A stretch of DNA of 64,000 nucleotides from an uncultured Spirochaetaceae bacterium (GTDB lineage: Bacteria; Myxococcota_A; UBA9160; UBA4427). Location: contig CAZETS010000013.1 in assembly GCA_964515335.1 (NCBI GenBank), positions 11,728-75,727 on the forward strand, read 5' to 3'. A program made the translations under genes and the position numbers. The notes under the pieces were generated by a model. It saw nothing but the letters and a program-made list of their open reading frames with translations. It made no database searches and was not told the origin of the DNA. Shown piece after piece: positions 45,448 to 54,568 of the stretch (position 1 is the first letter of the stretch; each line of letters starts with the position of its first letter).

Positions 45448-47003
45448 TCTCGATCCTCTGCTTCGTGGCTGCCGTCCTCGACGGCGCTGGGACTGGCCAC
45501 GTAGGGCTCGGCGAAATAGGGCTCGGCGATCGCCACCTTGACGAGCATACCCCGCTCGAGGGCGTCCTCGGCGCCGATTCCGTTGGCGATGGCGGTCTCC
45601 TCGACGCTCCAGCGGTTGGCGGTGCGTTCACCGAGCGCGGCCAGGTCTTCGCCCTCCTGCACGTTCGTCACGCGCAGCCGGTCCTGCATCACTTCGGCCC
45701 GCTCTGTGTCGGTGATCTCGTGGAAGCTGTCGGCCGCCTCGACGAACTTCGACCTCAGCGCCTGGAAGTGACGCTTCGTCGAGGCACCGCTGATCTGGTA
45801 GATGCGGTCCCGGTGAGCGATCCAGGTGATGAGCACGCGCATGCGGTCGCCCCGGCCGCCGACCTCGGCCTCGGCCTGGGCGGCCGGGAGGCCGCTGATC
45901 TCGAGCCGCTTCGGCAACTCGTCGAGGCGCACCTCGCGGTCGAACGCGAGGGCCGACTCCATCGGGTCGGATCCCTCGTCGACGATCTGCACGACCACCT
46001 GCCCGAGCTGCTCGGGCTGCACGGCTGCCACGGCCTGCGGGCTGTTGACCTGCTCCCAGTCCTCGGGAAACGTGAGCGCGAAGCCGAGCTCGGGGTGCAG
46101 GAAGCGCTCGTCGACGAAGACGCCCTCGCTCGCGGCCACGCCGACCGGCAGGCCGTCGAGATGGGCCAGGAAGTCGGCGCGCGAGAGGGGCGGTGTTGCG
46201 GTCTTCGCCACCTCGAGCTCGTTCGCGTAGTCGACCGCGGCGCGCGCACGCTCGGGGCTGCGCGGGTGGCTGCGCAGGAACGAGCGGCGGTTGGGGTCGT
46301 CGCCCGCGTACTCCTCCTCGCGCGCGAGGGCGTCCATGAAGGTCGAGAGCGCCATCGGGTCGAAGCCCTCGGCGGCGGCGAACTGCTGACCGAGCCGGTC
46401 GGCCTCGCGCTCCTGCTCGCGGCTGTAGGCGGCCAGCGCGAGGGCGCCGGGCAGCTGGCCGACGCCGCTCACGATGCGACCGATGCTCGGCGACACGATC
46501 GATGCCGCGGCCCCGCCCAGACCCGCCAGGATGCGGACGGGCGCGAGCGGGACGTTGGCGGCCTGACGGCTCACCGAGTGGCGCGCGGCGACGTGGCCGA
46601 TCTCGTGGCCGAGCACGGTGGCGAGCTCGTCCTCGGAGTTGACCAGCGCGATCAGCCCGCGCGACACGTAGACGTGTCCTCCGGGCAGGGCGAACGCGTT
46701 GGGCTCCCGCATGCGCACGATGTGAAAGTGGTGCTCGAGCCCGGTGCGGGGCGACTGCCGGGCGAGCCGCTGGCCGAGCTGAGCCACGTAGGCCTGCAGG
46801 GCCTCGTCGTCGAGGTAGCCGATCTGCTCTTCGACCTGCTTGGCGGCCTCGTTGCCCAGCTCGATCTCTCGCTGCTCGCTGGTCAGCACGGGCTCGGGCC
46901 GGCCGGTGACCGGATTGCGCGCGCACGCCGCGGTCAGCGAGACCAACGCGGCGAGCCCGGCCACCGCCACCTGCGCGGCGGCGCGATTCGCTGACGCCTG
47001 CAT
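45444..47003 (-). CDS. M48-family zinc metalloprotease, a paralog of 39564..41051
   Basis: NAFALPGGHVYVSRGLI ... HEIGHVAARH. It has the same C-terminal architecture (GEDLAALGERT...GMLVKVA). Its stop overlaps the synthetase start (ATGA). Confidence 0.85.
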   Translation of the reverse strand: MQASANRAAAQVAVAGLAALVSLTAACARNPVTGRPEPVLTSEQREIELGNEAAKQVEEQIGYLDDEALQAYVAQLGQRLARQSPRTGLEHHFHIVRMREPNAFALPGGHVYVSRGLIALVNSEDELATVLGHEIGHVAARHSVSRQAANVPLAPVRILAGLGGAAASIVSPSIGRIVSGVGQLPGALALAAYSREQEREADRLGQQFAAAEGFDPMALSTFMDALAREEEYAGDDPNRRSFLRSHPRSPERARAAVDYANELEVAKTATPPLSRADFLAHLDGLPVGVAASEGVFVDERFLHPELGFALTFPEDWEQVNSPQAVAAVQPEQLGQVVVQIVDEGSDPMESALAFDREVRLDELPKRLEISGLPAAQAEAEVGGRGDRMRVLITWIAHRDRIYQISGASTKRHFQALRSKFVEAADSFHEITDTERAEVMQDRLRVTNVQEGEDLAALGERTANRWSVEETAIANGIGAEDALERGMLVKVAIAEPYFAEPYVASPSAVEDGSHEAEDRE

Positions 47004-47405
47004 CGCTCGGACTGACCTCCGGCCCCGGGCTCGTCGATGGGTTGCGTGCGCCCGGGCCCCCGGGACCCGTGCGGCCGGTCGAGATTAGCCGACCCCCGTG
47101 CTGCCGTACGCCGCCGCCGCGCTGCGCTCGGCTCCCTTGCGGGCGCCCGTACCCGGCGCATCGGGTTGTGGCGCTCCGGGTCGCGGGGTACGTTGCGCGC
47201 CCGCCGGGGCCTTGGCGGACGCTCGTCCAGCCCGCGGGGCCTGGACGCATCGCAGAGCCGCCGGCGGCCGAGCCGGCCTGGACCGGCCCGAGCCGGCCTG
47301 GGAGCGCGACGCGGCGAATCGTGCGGTCGCGCAGCGAGAAGACGGCCGCCGGACCTTCTAGCGTACCAGGCCGACAGCCGCCGAATCGAATCGAGGTGCC
47401 ACACC

Positions 47406-48641
47406 ATGCCGACTTCTCCCCCCCCGCTCTTGTCCGGGCTGCGCGTCATCGAGAGCTCACTGCTCGGGCCCGCGGCCATCACGACCCATCTCGCCGATCT
47501 CGGCGCCGACGTCATCAAGGTCGAGAGCCCCGCCGGCGACTACGTGCGCGAGATGACGTGGCCGATCATCGACGGCGTGTCCCTGCTGCACATGCACATC
47601 AACCGGGGCAAGAAGAGCCTCACCCTCGACCTGCGCACCGAAGACGGGGTGGCTGTCTACAAGGATCTGGTTCGCGGCGCCGACGTGGTCGTAGAGGCGA
47701 TGCGTCCGGGCTCGCTCGCGCGCCGCGGTCTCGGCTACGAAGAGCTGCGCGCCATCAACCCGAAGGTCGTCTTCTGCAACATCTCGGGATACGGCATGAC
47801 CGGGCCGTACCGCGACCTCGCGTCGCACGGCATCGCATACGACACATGGGCGGGCATCGTGAATCCCGCCTACGACGAGGACGGCTTCTGCTTCATCCCC
47901 GAGCACGCCTCGATCGGCATGCACGCGGGGCCGATGTTCGGCGCCCTCGGCATCCTGTCCGGCGTGCTCCGCGCCCGCGAGACGGGAGCCGGCTGCATGA
48001 TGGAGATCGCGCAGTCCGACGCCGCGGCCTACATGGACTGGTACCGCAGCGAGTCGTGGATGGCCTACGAGCGCCCCGAAGACGTGGTCACCGGCAACAA
48101 GGCCGACGACTACGTGCGGCGCGAGCCGGGCACCGCGGGCATGAAAGAAGGTGTCCGTTACCAGATGTACGAGTCCAGCGACGGCCACGTGCTCTTCATG
48201 GCTTCCGAGCAGGCCTTCTGGAAGAACTTCTGCGAGTGCGTGGGCCGGCCCGAGCTGTTCGAGCGCTGGCCGGGATCGAAGTACGCCGATCACGCCCGCG
48301 GCAATCGCGAGCTGCACAAGGAGCTGCGGGAGATCTTCCGGGGCAAGTCGTGCGAGGAGTGGATTCGCCTCGGCGACGAGAAGGACTTCCCGATCGCGCC
48401 GGTCAACACACCGAAGTCGATCGCCGAGGATCCGCAGTTCAGGGACCGCTTCCCGCTCTACTCCCACGAGCAGCACGGCGCCGACATGCTGCCCTTCCCC
48501 CTGAAGATCGTCGACGAAGAGCTGCCCGAGCCGGAGATGGCGCCGACGGTCGGCGAGCACAACGACGCGGTGCTCGCCGAGGTGCTCGGCTACGACGAGG
48601 GCGAGATCAGGCGGCTCCGGGAGGCGGGGGCGCTCGGTTGA
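47406..48641 (+). CDS. Family III CoA-transferase
   Basis: ATG at 47406 (MPTSPPPLLSGLRVIESSLLGPAAITTHLADLGADVIKVE). The upstream part of the track ORF is low-complexity. Confidence 0.9.
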   Translation: MPTSPPPLLSGLRVIESSLLGPAAITTHLADLGADVIKVESPAGDYVREMTWPIIDGVSLLHMHINRGKKSLTLDLRTEDGVAVYKDLVRGADVVVEAMRPGSLARRGLGYEELRAINPKVVFCNISGYGMTGPYRDLASHGIAYDTWAGIVNPAYDEDGFCFIPEHASIGMHAGPMFGALGILSGVLRARETGAGCMMEIAQSDAAAYMDWYRSESWMAYERPEDVVTGNKADDYVRREPGTAGMKEGVRYQMYESSDGHVLFMASEQAFWKNFCECVGRPELFERWPGSKYADHARGNRELHKELREIFRGKSCEEWIRLGDEKDFPIAPVNTPKSIAEDPQFRDRFPLYSHEQHGADMLPFPLKIVDEELPEPEMAPTVGEHNDAVLAEVLGYDEGEIRRLREAGALG

Positions 48642-49216
48642 TGGAGGCCGCGCGCAAGCACAGGCTCGGCCTGCTGCTCTTCGCGCTCGGGGTCGCGGTG
48701 GCGACGGCGCTGACCCTGGTGGTCGCCCACCGGCTCGGCCCCAAGCACCTGCTCACCGTGACGCCGGGTGTCCTCTACCGCAGCGGCCAGCTCACGCCCG
48801 AGCAGCTCACCGATCTGATCGAGCGGTATGGGATCCGCACGGTCGTCAACCTGCGCTCGGAAAACGAGATGGGGCAGGGCGACTGGCACCGCCTGCAGTC
48901 GGAGACGGCGCGCCGGGAGGGCGCCCGGCTCGTCGACCTGCCCATGCACACCGGCTTTCCGCCCGATCAGGCCACCCACGAAGCCTGGCTCGGGCTGATC
49001 GAGGACCCCGCCGCGCAGCCGATCCTGGTGCATTGCCAGTACGGCGTCCTGCGGACGGGCATCATGGTGGCCATCTACCAGATCGAACGGCTCGGCCTCT
49101 CGTCCGAGCAGGCGCTCGAGCGCTTCGAGCGGTTCGGCCACGAGCTCTCGGAGACCATCCAGGGCCGCATCGACGACTACTTCGAGCAGTACGTCCCGAG
49201 GCAGCGGCGCAGCTGA
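48641..49216 (+). CDS. Membrane-anchored protein tyrosine / dual-specificity phosphatase-like protein
   Basis: ATG at 48641 overlaps the upstream TGA. It has an N-terminal TM helix and a CX5R loop VHCQYGVLRTG. Confidence 0.75.
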   Translation: MEAARKHRLGLLLFALGVAVATALTLVVAHRLGPKHLLTVTPGVLYRSGQLTPEQLTDLIERYGIRTVVNLRSENEMGQGDWHRLQSETARREGARLVDLPMHTGFPPDQATHEAWLGLIEDPAAQPILVHCQYGVLRTGIMVAIYQIERLGLSSEQALERFERFGHELSETIQGRIDDYFEQYVPRQRRS

Positions 49217-49256
49217 TGGCTCGGCTTTCGCCCGCGGTCGAACGGAGAGGCGACCC

Positions 49257-50453
49257 GTGAGCGAGCCGCGTGTGCCGCTGTTCGACCTGCGGGTGCAGGA
49301 CGAGCGCCTCGCGCCCGAGATCGAGCGCGCGGTCGCGCGCGTGCTCGCGAGCGGCCAATACGTGCGCGGAGGGGAGGTGGCCGCCTTCGAGCGCGCCGTG
49401 GCCGAGCACTGCGGGGTCGTCGAGGCGGTGGCGTGCGGGTCGGGGTCGGACGCGCTGCTGCTCTCTTTGATGGCGCACGGCATCGGGCCGGGCGACCGGG
49501 TCGTCTGTCCCGCGTTCACCTTCTTCTCCACCGCTGCCGCGATCGCCCGACTCGGCGCCGAGCCGGTCTTCGCCGACGTCGACCCGGACACCCTCTGCAG
49601 CGGCGCCGACGAGGTTCGCACTGCGATCGAGCGCAGCGGCCCGCCCGCGGCGCTGCTCGCCGTCCACCTCTTCGGTCGCGCTGCCGAGATGGACGGACTC
49701 GTCGAGCTCGCCGGCGCGCTCGACGTGCCGCTCGTCGAGGACGCCGCCCAGTCGATCGGCGCGTTCGATTCATCGGGTCGGCAGGTGGGCACCCGCGGCC
49801 ACGGCGGCTGCCTGAGCTTCTATCCGACGAAGAATCTCGGTGGTTACGGGGACGGTGGCATGGTGCTGTGTCGCTCTGCCGACCTGGCCGCCCGGCTGCG
49901 GGTGCTTCGCGACCACGGAGAGGAGCCGTCCGGCGAGCACCGGGTGGTGGGCATCAACTCGCGCCTCGACGCCATCCAGGCGGCGGTGCTCGCCGCGAAG
50001 CTTCCGCATCTCGACGCGTGGAACCACGCCCGCCAGGATCACGCCGCCGTCTACGGCGAGCTGCTCGGCGAGCTCGGCGCCGAGGCGGGCAGCGGCGCCT
50101 TCGACGGGCCGGGTCTCCCGCTGCGCCTGCCCGCCGTGCCCCGGCGCCCGGCCTCCCACGTGTTTCACCACTACGTGGTGCGGGTGCCGGCCAGGCACCG
50201 GGAAGCACTGCGCGCCCATCTCGCCGACCGGGGCGTCGGCAGCGGCGTCTACTACTCGCGGCCGCTCCACCAGCAGCCCTGCTTCGCGGGGTCCGGCGGC
50301 CAGCCGCCGAGCCTGCCCGCCACGGAGGCGGCCGCGCGCGAGAGCCTGACGATTCCCGTCCACCCCCGGCTCTCGAAGGACCAGCTCGCGTACGTGGTCG
50401 AATCGATCCGCAGCTACTTCGCGCAGCTTTCGAGCGCGGCCCCTTCGAGGTAG
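49257..50453 (+). CDS. DegT/DnrJ/EryC1/StrS-family PLP-dependent sugar aminotransferase
   Basis: GTG start. GSGSDALLL and FYPTKNLGGYGDGG (PLP lysine region) are present. Confidence 0.9.
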   Translation: MSEPRVPLFDLRVQDERLAPEIERAVARVLASGQYVRGGEVAAFERAVAEHCGVVEAVACGSGSDALLLSLMAHGIGPGDRVVCPAFTFFSTAAAIARLGAEPVFADVDPDTLCSGADEVRTAIERSGPPAALLAVHLFGRAAEMDGLVELAGALDVPLVEDAAQSIGAFDSSGRQVGTRGHGGCLSFYPTKNLGGYGDGGMVLCRSADLAARLRVLRDHGEEPSGEHRVVGINSRLDAIQAAVLAAKLPHLDAWNHARQDHAAVYGELLGELGAEAGSGAFDGPGLPLRLPAVPRRPASHVFHHYVVRVPARHREALRAHLADRGVGSGVYYSRPLHQQPCFAGSGGQPPSLPATEAAARESLTIPVHPRLSKDQLAYVVESIRSYFAQLSSAAPSR

Positions 50454-50518
50454 CCGCGCGGCGACTGCTCGGCGCACGCGTCGCCGCGCGGCGACCGGGG
50501 CTGTGACATCATCGCGCG

Positions 50519-52888
50519 GTGGCGAGATCAGGGACAAGGACGCGCGGCGGGCGTCGCCGTGCGCCGTGCGCCGCTGCGACGCTCGTCGCGACCGCGCTGG
50601 CCGCCGCGTCCGTCTCCGCCGAAGGCGTCTCGCAAGGCGCCTCCGCCCGCGAGCCCGGCGCCGCGCCCCGGCTCGTCCTCGGCTCCGGGGCCGAGGGCGT
50701 CGCGTACGTCGACGAGGCCGGCTGCCGGCGTTGTCACGCCGAGCAGGCCGCCGGGTGGCGGCCGTCCCAGCATGCCCGTGCCATGCAGCCCGCCTCGGAC
50801 GAGACCGTACTCGGCGACTTCGGCGGCGTCGTCCACGAGCAGGACGGCGAGACGTTCCGGTTCTTCCGGCGCGACGGCTCGTTCTTCGTGAACGCGGCGG
50901 GAGCGAACGGAGCGCGCCGCGACCACCGCGTCCTCTACACGTTCGGCGTCGAGCCGCTCCAGCAGTACCTCGTGCCCGGCGAGCGGGGAAGGCTGCAGGC
51001 CCTCGGCGTGGCGTGGGACACCGTGCGCGGGCGGTGGTTCGATCTCGACCCCGAGCAGTCGCCGGGCCCCGGGGACGCCTTTCATTGGACGGGCCGCTAC
51101 CAGGCGTGGAACGCGATGTGCGCCGACTGCCACTCGACGGACCTCCGCAAGGGCTACGACCCGGACACGGACGCGTACGCGACGACCTGGTCGGCCGTCA
51201 ACGTCGGCTGCCAGGCGTGTCACGGACCCGGCGCGCGTCACGTCGCGTGGGCCGAGCAGGCGGCGCGCAGGCAGGCCGTGTCCGAGGGGCGCGCGTCGGG
51301 CATCGTCCCGCGCTACGCGATGACCACCGCGCACGACGAGGTCGAGACCTGCGCGCCCTGCCACTCGCGCCGCGCGTCGATCACCGGCGATGCGCCGCTG
51401 CACGGCACGCTGCTCGACGACTACCTGCCGCAGACGCTCGAGCCGGGCCTCTACCACGCCGACGGCCAGATCCTCGGCGAGGTCTACGTGTACGGCTCGT
51501 TCCTGCAGAGCCGCATGTACGCGGCCGGCGTGCGCTGCAGCGACTGCCACGAGCCCCACGGCCTCGGGCTTCGCGCCGAGGGCAATGCGCTCTGTACACG
51601 CTGTCACGGCGACGCACCGGAGCGCGACCTGCCCGGGCTGCGGCCCGGCAGCTACGACTCGCCCGACCACCACCACCACGCTCCCGGCAGCGCCGGCGCA
51701 GAGTGCGTCGCCTGCCACATGCCGGAGCAGACCTACATGGTGGTCGATCCGCGGCGCGATCACAGCATGCGCGTGCCGCGCCCCGACCTCTCGACGCTGC
51801 TCGGCGTGCCGAACGCCTGCAGCGGGTGTCACGCAGATCGCGGGGCGGGCTGGGCGGCCGCACGGGTGCGCGAGTGGCACGGCGCCGAGCGCGAGCGGGG
51901 CGCGGCATGGGGGGCGGCGATCCACGACGGCCGGCACGGGGATCCGTCGGCGCTCGACCGCCTCGCGTCGCTGGCCCGGCCGGGCGCGGCGCCCGGCATC
52001 GTCCGCGCGACTGCCGTCTCGCTGCTGCCGTTTCTCGGCGCGGGCGCGCAGGGTCCGCTGGTGGCGGCCACCGGCGACGAAGATCCGTTGGTGCGCGTAC
52101 AGGCCGTGTCGGCGCTCTCCGTGCTGCCGCCGCAACAGCGGCTGCCGCTGCTGCTGCCCCTGCTCGACGACCCGGTGCGGGCGGTGCGCGCCGAGGCGGG
52201 GCGGGCGCTCGCCGACGTTCCGGAAGTCGCGCTCTCGCCCGAGCAACAGCAGCGGCTCGCGGCCGCGGTGGCCGAGTACGAAGCAGGGCAGCGGGCAAGT
52301 GCCGACCTGCCGCCCGGCCGCATCAACCTCGCCCTGCTCTACACGGCGCTCGGCCGGACCGGCGACGCCGAGCGCGAGTACCGGGCCGCGATCGCGCAAG
52401 ACCCGCGCTTCGCGCCGCCGGTCGCGAACCTCGCGCAGCTGCTGAGCGCCCTCGGCCGGCGCGACGACGCCGAGGAGGTTCTGCGCGAAGGCGTGGCGCG
52501 GATGCCCGAAGAGGGCGAGCTCCACTACTCGCTCGGACTGCTGCTCGCCGAGGCGGGAAGCCTCGACGCCTCGGTGGCTGCGCTCGAGCGGGCCGCGCAG
52601 CTGCTGCCCGATCGCGCGCGGGTCCACTACAACCTGGGCCTCGCCCTCCAGCATCTCGGCCGCCGCGAGCGCGCCACCGAGGCCCTCGAGCGCGCCGCGC
52701 GCCTCGATCCCACCCAGTCCGACTTCGCCCGCGCGCTGGCGATCGTCTACCTGCAGGTCCAGCGCTGGGCCGAGGCGCGCGACGAGGCACGGCGCTGGCT
52801 CGCCCTGGCCCCGCACGATCGCGCCGCGCGCAGTGTGCTGGCACGCGCAGAGAGCGCGCTTGCCGGAGAGGGGCCCGGTGCGCGCTAG
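50519..52888 (+). CDS. Octaheme c-type cytochrome fused to HEAT/TPR repeats
   Basis: Signal peptide, then eight CxxCH motifs (CRRCH, CADCH, CQACH, CAPCH, CSDCH, CTRCH, CVACH, CSGCH). The C-terminal half has HEAT-like and TPR repeats. Confidence 0.85.
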   Translation: MARSGTRTRGGRRRAPCAAATLVATALAAASVSAEGVSQGASAREPGAAPRLVLGSGAEGVAYVDEAGCRRCHAEQAAGWRPSQHARAMQPASDETVLGDFGGVVHEQDGETFRFFRRDGSFFVNAAGANGARRDHRVLYTFGVEPLQQYLVPGERGRLQALGVAWDTVRGRWFDLDPEQSPGPGDAFHWTGRYQAWNAMCADCHSTDLRKGYDPDTDAYATTWSAVNVGCQACHGPGARHVAWAEQAARRQAVSEGRASGIVPRYAMTTAHDEVETCAPCHSRRASITGDAPLHGTLLDDYLPQTLEPGLYHADGQILGEVYVYGSFLQSRMYAAGVRCSDCHEPHGLGLRAEGNALCTRCHGDAPERDLPGLRPGSYDSPDHHHHAPGSAGAECVACHMPEQTYMVVDPRRDHSMRVPRPDLSTLLGVPNACSGCHADRGAGWAAARVREWHGAERERGAAWGAAIHDGRHGDPSALDRLASLARPGAAPGIVRATAVSLLPFLGAGAQGPLVAATGDEDPLVRVQAVSALSVLPPQQRLPLLLPLLDDPVRAVRAEAGRALADVPEVALSPEQQQRLAAAVAEYEAGQRASADLPPGRINLALLYTALGRTGDAEREYRAAIAQDPRFAPPVANLAQLLSALGRRDDAEEVLREGVARMPEEGELHYSLGLLLAEAGSLDASVAALERAAQLLPDRARVHYNLGLALQHLGRRERATEALERAARLDPTQSDFARALAIVYLQVQRWAEARDEARRWLALAPHDRAARSVLARAESALAGEGPGAR

Positions 52889-52939
52889 CTTTGCGCGGCT
52901 CGCTGGCGCCTGCGCGAGCGATGGAGCAGCCCGATCGCG

Positions 52940-53638
52940 ATGACCCGCCGCCTACGTGCCTTCCCCGTCCGTGCCCGCCGTCGCCCCTTGCGCGGCGTGC
53001 TCGGGGCCGCCGCATCGATCGCCCTGGCGCTCGCCTGTGCGGGCGACGGGCCGCCGCCCGGCGAGCCCGAGCTGTCGCGCGAGGGGCTGCCGCCGGACGT
53101 GACCGCTTCGGTCGCCGTCGTCGACGGACTCCACGACACGGTCATCGGCATCCTGAAGCAGGGCCCGGAGCTCGGCTACGAGGGGCGCTTCGCGGCTCTC
53201 GCCGCCGTGGTGCAGGTGTCCTTCGACCTGCCCGTGATGGCGCGCGCGTCGTACGGACGGGGCTACGCGGATCTCTCCGAAGCGCAGCGGAAGACCTGGC
53301 TCGAGGTCTTCGCGCGCTTCCAGATCTCGAGCTTCGCCGACGTGCGCGACCACTATCAGGGAGAGACTTATCGCCTGCTCGGCTTCAAGAGCCCTGGTCC
53401 GGGCATCGTCGTGCTCGAGTCGAAGCTCGACTACCCGGGACGCAACGTCGATATCTACACCGACTACCGGCTGCGCAACACGCGGCGTGGCTGGCGCATC
53501 GTCGACATCCACAGGCCGCCTTCGGTGAGCGAGGTCGCCATGCGTCGCGCCGAGTACCGCACCGTTCTCGATCGCCACGGCTTCGACGGCCTGATCGAGG
53601 AGATGGAGGCGAGGATCCGGCGCCGCCAGCAACCGTGA
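52940..53638 (+). CDS. MlaC/Ttg2D-family lipid-binding lipoprotein-like protein
   Basis: Lipobox LALAC. FDLPVMARASYGRGYADLSEAQRKTWLEVFARFQISSFA resembles the MlaC-family core. Confidence 0.65.
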   Translation: MTRRLRAFPVRARRRPLRGVLGAAASIALALACAGDGPPPGEPELSREGLPPDVTASVAVVDGLHDTVIGILKQGPELGYEGRFAALAAVVQVSFDLPVMARASYGRGYADLSEAQRKTWLEVFARFQISSFADVRDHYQGETYRLLGFKSPGPGIVVLESKLDYPGRNVDIYTDYRLRNTRRGWRIVDIHRPPSVSEVAMRRAEYRTVLDRHGFDGLIEEMEARIRRRQQP

Positions 53639-53691
53639 GCAATTCGCGGAGCCCGACCTCCGCCGCCCGGCAATCCGCTCGAGGAGCCCAC

Positions 53692-54525
53692 GTGCACTTT
53701 CCCGGATCGGCGGCGCGCAAGAAACTTCTCGCTCCGCTGGGAGTGATCCTGGTCCTCGGGCCCTGGGCGCCGACGGTGAATTCGTCGGCGGCCGCCGAGC
53801 CGGCGCCGCTCGCCGCTGCCGCTTCGCGGTCGCAGATCGTGGAGTGGCCCGAGTACGACGGCGCCCGACTACTACGGCGGGCTGCGCGCGGGCACCGACC
53901 GCTTCGCGAGTGCGGTGGTGGCGCTGCACGCGGCGACCGGCGAGGTGGCGTGGAGCTTCCAGACCGTCCACCACGACCTCTGGGACTTCGACGTGCCCGC
54001 GCAGCCGACGCTCACCACGCTGCGCAACGAGGGCATCTTCACGCCGCCCTCGCTGCAGGGCACGCTGATGATCCCCGGCAACGCCGGAGGCTCGAACTGG
54101 GGCGGTGTTGCGGTCGATCCCGTGCGGCAGGTGATGGTCGCGAACCTGAGCCATCTGGCGTGGGTGGTGTCGCTCTTTCCCGCGGACGAGTGGGCGGCCC
54201 GGCGCGCCGCGGAGCCCGGCGTCGCGATCTCGCGCCGGTTCCGATTCCCTGGACGCCCGGCACGCCGACGCTCGGCGGCCCGCTGGTGACGGCGGGCGGG
54301 CTGATCTTCATCGGCGCCACGCTCGACCACTACCTGCGCGCTTACGACTCGAAGACCGGCGAGACGCTCTGGAAGGCGCGGCTCGACGCGCCGGCGATCG
54401 CCACGCCGATGACCTATCGGGCGCGACCGGGCGGCCGGCAGTTCGTGGTGGTGGCGGCCGGTGGGCACGCGCGCTCGGGGTCGAAGGTCTCCGACGCGTT
54501 GGTCGCCTTCGCGCTGCCCGAGTGA
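53692..54525 (+). pseudogene. Decayed PQQ-dependent (quinoprotein) glucose/sugar dehydrogenase remnant
   Basis: Homology blocks are split over two frames. Frame 1 carries the signal peptide and WPEYDG. Frame 2 carries DYYGGLRAGTDRFASAVVALHAATGEVAWSFQTVHHDLWDFDVPAQP, joined directly to LRNEGIFTPPSLQGTLMIPGNAGGSNWGG. Frame 1 then carries PWTPGTPTLGGPLVTAGGLIFIGATLDHYLRAYDSKTGETLW..ATPMTY..FVVVAAGGH. The total is about 278 codons, against at least about 600 for intact enzymes. Confidence 0.7.
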
Positions 54526-54568
54526 TCCGCGGGGCCCGACGACCCGATTCGTGCTAGCCATTCGCGCC

